The notes under the pieces are model-generated. The model was not told where the DNA came from. It made no database searches and saw only the letters and a program-made list of their open reading frames with translations. Below, piece after piece: positions 60,730 through 64,000 of a stretch of DNA of 64,000 nucleotides. The stretch comes from Podarcis tiliguerta (Eukaryota): the NCBI GenBank assembly GCA_965153285.1, contig OZ229115.1; one strand, given 5' to 3'. The position numbers were made by a program, and so were the translations under genes. The stretch's first letter is position 1; each line of letters begins with the position of its first letter.

Positions 60730-63639
60730 TACTGTACTTAACATTCATAATATTCAGTGGCTATCCCACATACAAGGGTGCAAAAATTCAAATGTCACCC
60801 ACCAATTGAAAAATAGCACAATTATAGCCAAGATAACGTGAATATTTAACACAAGTTTTTTGTTCCCTAGAAAAAAACCAGTAGATTTGTCTTCCTTACT
60901 GGAATCACCTACACAAATTTGCTTTGCAGATGCCTTTTGAAACACACCCACTCTTTGGCAATGACACGCTATGACCTATAATATCTGGATTCATATGCTA
61001 AAAGTTGGTATGTGGCGGATTCCTTCCTTGCTAAAGATGTCTATCTAGCCCCTCTCCAACTCTTGTTATTCTATGAAGAGTGTTCTATAAAAACAGTTCA
61101 ACATATCTAGTCAAAATGAGCAAGCTGGGAACAGCATTGAGACCTGTGGGAGACATAACAGTTTGTGGACACAAGATATACTTACTAGTACATACACACC
61201 ACATTCTACACCACACATATAGCTGTAAACTTTTTTTTAGTGCAGACAACTCTTAAGATGCAGTGTTGTTTTTCCATCTTCAGGCTGCCACAAATCAAAT
61301 TTTACTATCTTCACAACTGGTGAAATTAAACAGAGCTTGTCATTATTTATGGTGACTGTTGTAACTAATGCTAAAATAACACTTCACTACCTGAAACATT
61401 AAAAAAAAAAAAACTGGATCATGACAAGGTCCACTTTCTATATGCCAAAATATTTCTAAATCAAACACTTCTGCTTTAATTAATATTAATATAAATTAGT
61501 ATAAAATTACTTGATCCAGCATTCTGTACACTTCACACACTTCTTTATTGAAGAGAAAAAAATATTATACATCTCATATGTAGCCAGGGTAAATATATTT
61601 GGTAATGAAGTCAGATTTTGTTAGAACATTTTCAAGTAAATTAAATAATTTTTGTCAAACTATTTAAATGTCTTAGCAAACCATTTGGGAAAACTGAGAG
61701 CTGCACTTGTTATTGACTTTGGCAAAGAATGGTATAACAAGGGCTTTTTTTTGTTTTAAAAAGGTTCTAAATCAAAATCTTAGTCTTTCTGTCAAACGTG
61801 AGTAGACTTCTTGTGCTCTGCTTCTTGTAGCTTTTGGCTTCTCCCATATTTGATGACTCAATCATTACGGTTTTTTGATAGCAATCATTTTGGTCCGTCC
61901 CAAAGACTTAAACCCAGGAATCCAACCTTGTCATCACATTGGTTCACAGTGTAGAAATTCTGTACATGTACTTAAACATGGAGGCTGAGATAGGTGATGA
62001 ATGAGGCAAAACATTGCAGGCTTGCCAGAAGTGTATAGCAGCTTGCATAAAAAAGGATAGTGATGGGTTTTTATTTAATTTGTGCCATAACCATTTTTAT
62101 CTGAGGGAACGCAGGTGCACTACAGCAAGGTTGGGAACTTGTGCCCTCCATATGTTGCACTCCAACTCCCATCACCCGCAGTTGTCATGGCCAATGGCAA
62201 AGGAGAATGGGAGTTGCAGTCCAGCAAGATATGGAGAACCACATGTTCTTCATGTTCCCTTTGCTACAATTAACTGACAAAGGTGTAAAATTTCAGTAGC
62301 CAAATCGCACTGAATGTGTATTCTTTTGTTGATAAGCCAACAAACAAGGTCAATTGTGTGCGCGCATATATTTAAAGCATCCCCTCAAAGAATCCTGGGA
62401 GTTGTAGTTTATCCCTCACAGAGCTACACTTCCCAGCATTAGATAACTATTTGACTGTTAGAAAACAATTGAAGGGAAGATTTTGATGTTTCATTGTGTT
62501 TTTATATTTTGCTGGAAGCTGCCAGGAGTGGCTAGGGCAACCCAGTCAGATGGCTGGCATATAAATAATAAAGTAGGAGTAGTTGTTATCCTCAACAAAC
62601 GACGGTTTCCAAGGTTCTTGAGGGAGGGAATTGCACCTTAAATGTATGGTGTATATGTAGTCTTAGTATGCATAAGTAATATTAGGTGTAAGATTATCAT
62701 ATACTCTCAAAATAAATGCTGGCACACACAGTCATCCCATCACAAGCCAAACTTAATCTCTATGCACAAAGATCTGATTTATTTACATTATATTAAACTA
62801 AGATTTATATTCTGATATTTGCCTGGAGGTCATAGGGTGGGTTAGAACAACAGGCAACATGAACAAAATAAAATCCGCACACACAATTTAAGTAGCAAAA
62901 CATTTAAAACCAATATTCAATATTTTTCAATCTGCCACTGCCAAGAACCCCTAGCCAAAAATAAATAGGGTCCTTAAGTACATATGGGTAGTCCCATATT
63001 GAGGCCAATTCAAGTCTAATTTGATTTTCCACAATAATATAGCTCACAATGTATTAGAGATATTATTTAGATTTGAAACCCTGCAGTTAAACTAAAGGCT
63101 ATTAAAAAAATAAAATGTATATTTTAGTACATTTGCTGATAATATATTTAACACTACAATTACTTTGCAGTTTTAATGCTGGTCAAAATATACCACCAAC
63201 AATCAAATCACCATATGACAAAATTAGGTAACACAGTTTTAAAATAAGCATGTAAACATACTATGCTGAAATTTCATAGTTAGTTTTCAGAGGTTTGCAT
63301 CATAGCTAGAGCCTTTTCATTATTTTAGGTTTCAATCCTATACATATTTACCTGGGAGTAAGTTCCATTGAACATAGTTGAGTTTACTTCTGAGTAGATG
63401 CACAAAAGATTGTGCTACTACTCTTGTATTAGGTTAATGATAGGCTGCAATCTTAAACAGACTTTGGTGTGACTTACTTATGAATAAACATGGATGAGAT
63501 GTGATTGTTCATTATACTGTTTGCTTTGCTTAATTACCCAAACATTGGAATGTAATAGATTAGCATGCTCTTCCATGACATGGCTAGTAAAACAACAACT
63601 TTTTAATCTAGTTGTGACCAAAGCCAGTAAATACCAATA

Positions 63640-63775
63640 CAAGCATCCCCAAGCTTCGGCCCTCCAGATGTTTTGGACTACAATTCCCATCATCCCTGAA
63701 CACTGGTCCTGTTAGCTAGGGATCATGGGAGTTGTAGGCCAAAACACGTGGAGGGCCACAGGTTGGGGATGCTTA
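63640..63775. mobile_element. Short palindromic hAT-type MITE
   Basis: CAAGCATCCCCAA...TTGGGGATGCTTA with an internal ACTACAATTCCCATCATCCC / GGGATCATGGGAGTTGTAG dyad and a degenerate 8-bp target-site duplication TACCAATA/TACTTATA. Older relatives lie near 28150-28250 and 62120-62260. Confidence 0.75.
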
Positions 63776-64000
63776 TACTTATATATCCCTGGCAACTGAA
63801 GCTTATAGTGGGACATTAAATAAAAACTTGAATCATTTGGCTAATCATTCCACACAATAGGAACTGACTTAACCAAAATGGAGACTGCTTCATTGGGAAG
63901 GAATAAATCAGCAGTGCAAAGTCAAGCAACAGATTGTGAAAAATGGTTTATCTGAAATAGATTTATCTTGAAAGTCCAAATCAATTCCTATGCATGTGTG

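Noticed and set aside
61950-62050. Possible next GLIS1 exon (minus-strand LIHHLSQPP)
   Set aside because: Similarity is limited to a few residues and there are no convincing splice sites or phase match. The upstream exons are probably outside the window.
1-64000. Most 60-130 aa ORFs in the supplied track; CRISPR arrays, operons, rRNA or tRNA genes
   Set aside because: This is intron-containing vertebrate DNA. The short ORFs lack homology, often begin at TTG/GTG, or are antisense shadows of real exons and repeats. No repeat-spacer array was seen, and the tRNA-like sequences are SINE heads.

Overview
This is vertebrate genomic DNA, not prokaryotic, and most of the supplied ORF track is noise. 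The repeats (Sauria SINE, BovB, L2, CR1, RTE, and Tc1/mariner, hAT and Harbinger-type MITEs) point to a squamate, most likely a lacertid lizard. I reconstructed four genes by hand. (1) An intact, intronless SLC25A3-like mitochondrial phosphate carrier retrogene (-, 2963-4006). (2) DMRTB1/DMRT6 (+, 4 coding exons, 8592-15872, 302 aa). (3) A complete DMRT2-family gene (+, 3 coding exons, 20113-23540, 390 aa); by position it is the second paralogue, DMRT2B, which is missing from the syntenic human interval. (4) The last three coding exons of GLIS1 (-, 42988-54673). All introns in the three spliced genes have GT-AG sites and matching phases. The main result is a SLC25A3-retrogene <- -> DMRTB1 -> DMRT2B -> <- GLIS1 block. 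It looks like the whole-genome-duplication sister of the DMRT1-DMRT3-DMRT2...GLIS3 cluster, and it keeps two intact genes that, from my recollection of human 1p32.3, are pseudogenised (SLC25A3P1) or absent (DMRT2B) in human. All comparisons to human sequences and gene order are from memory; no search was run.
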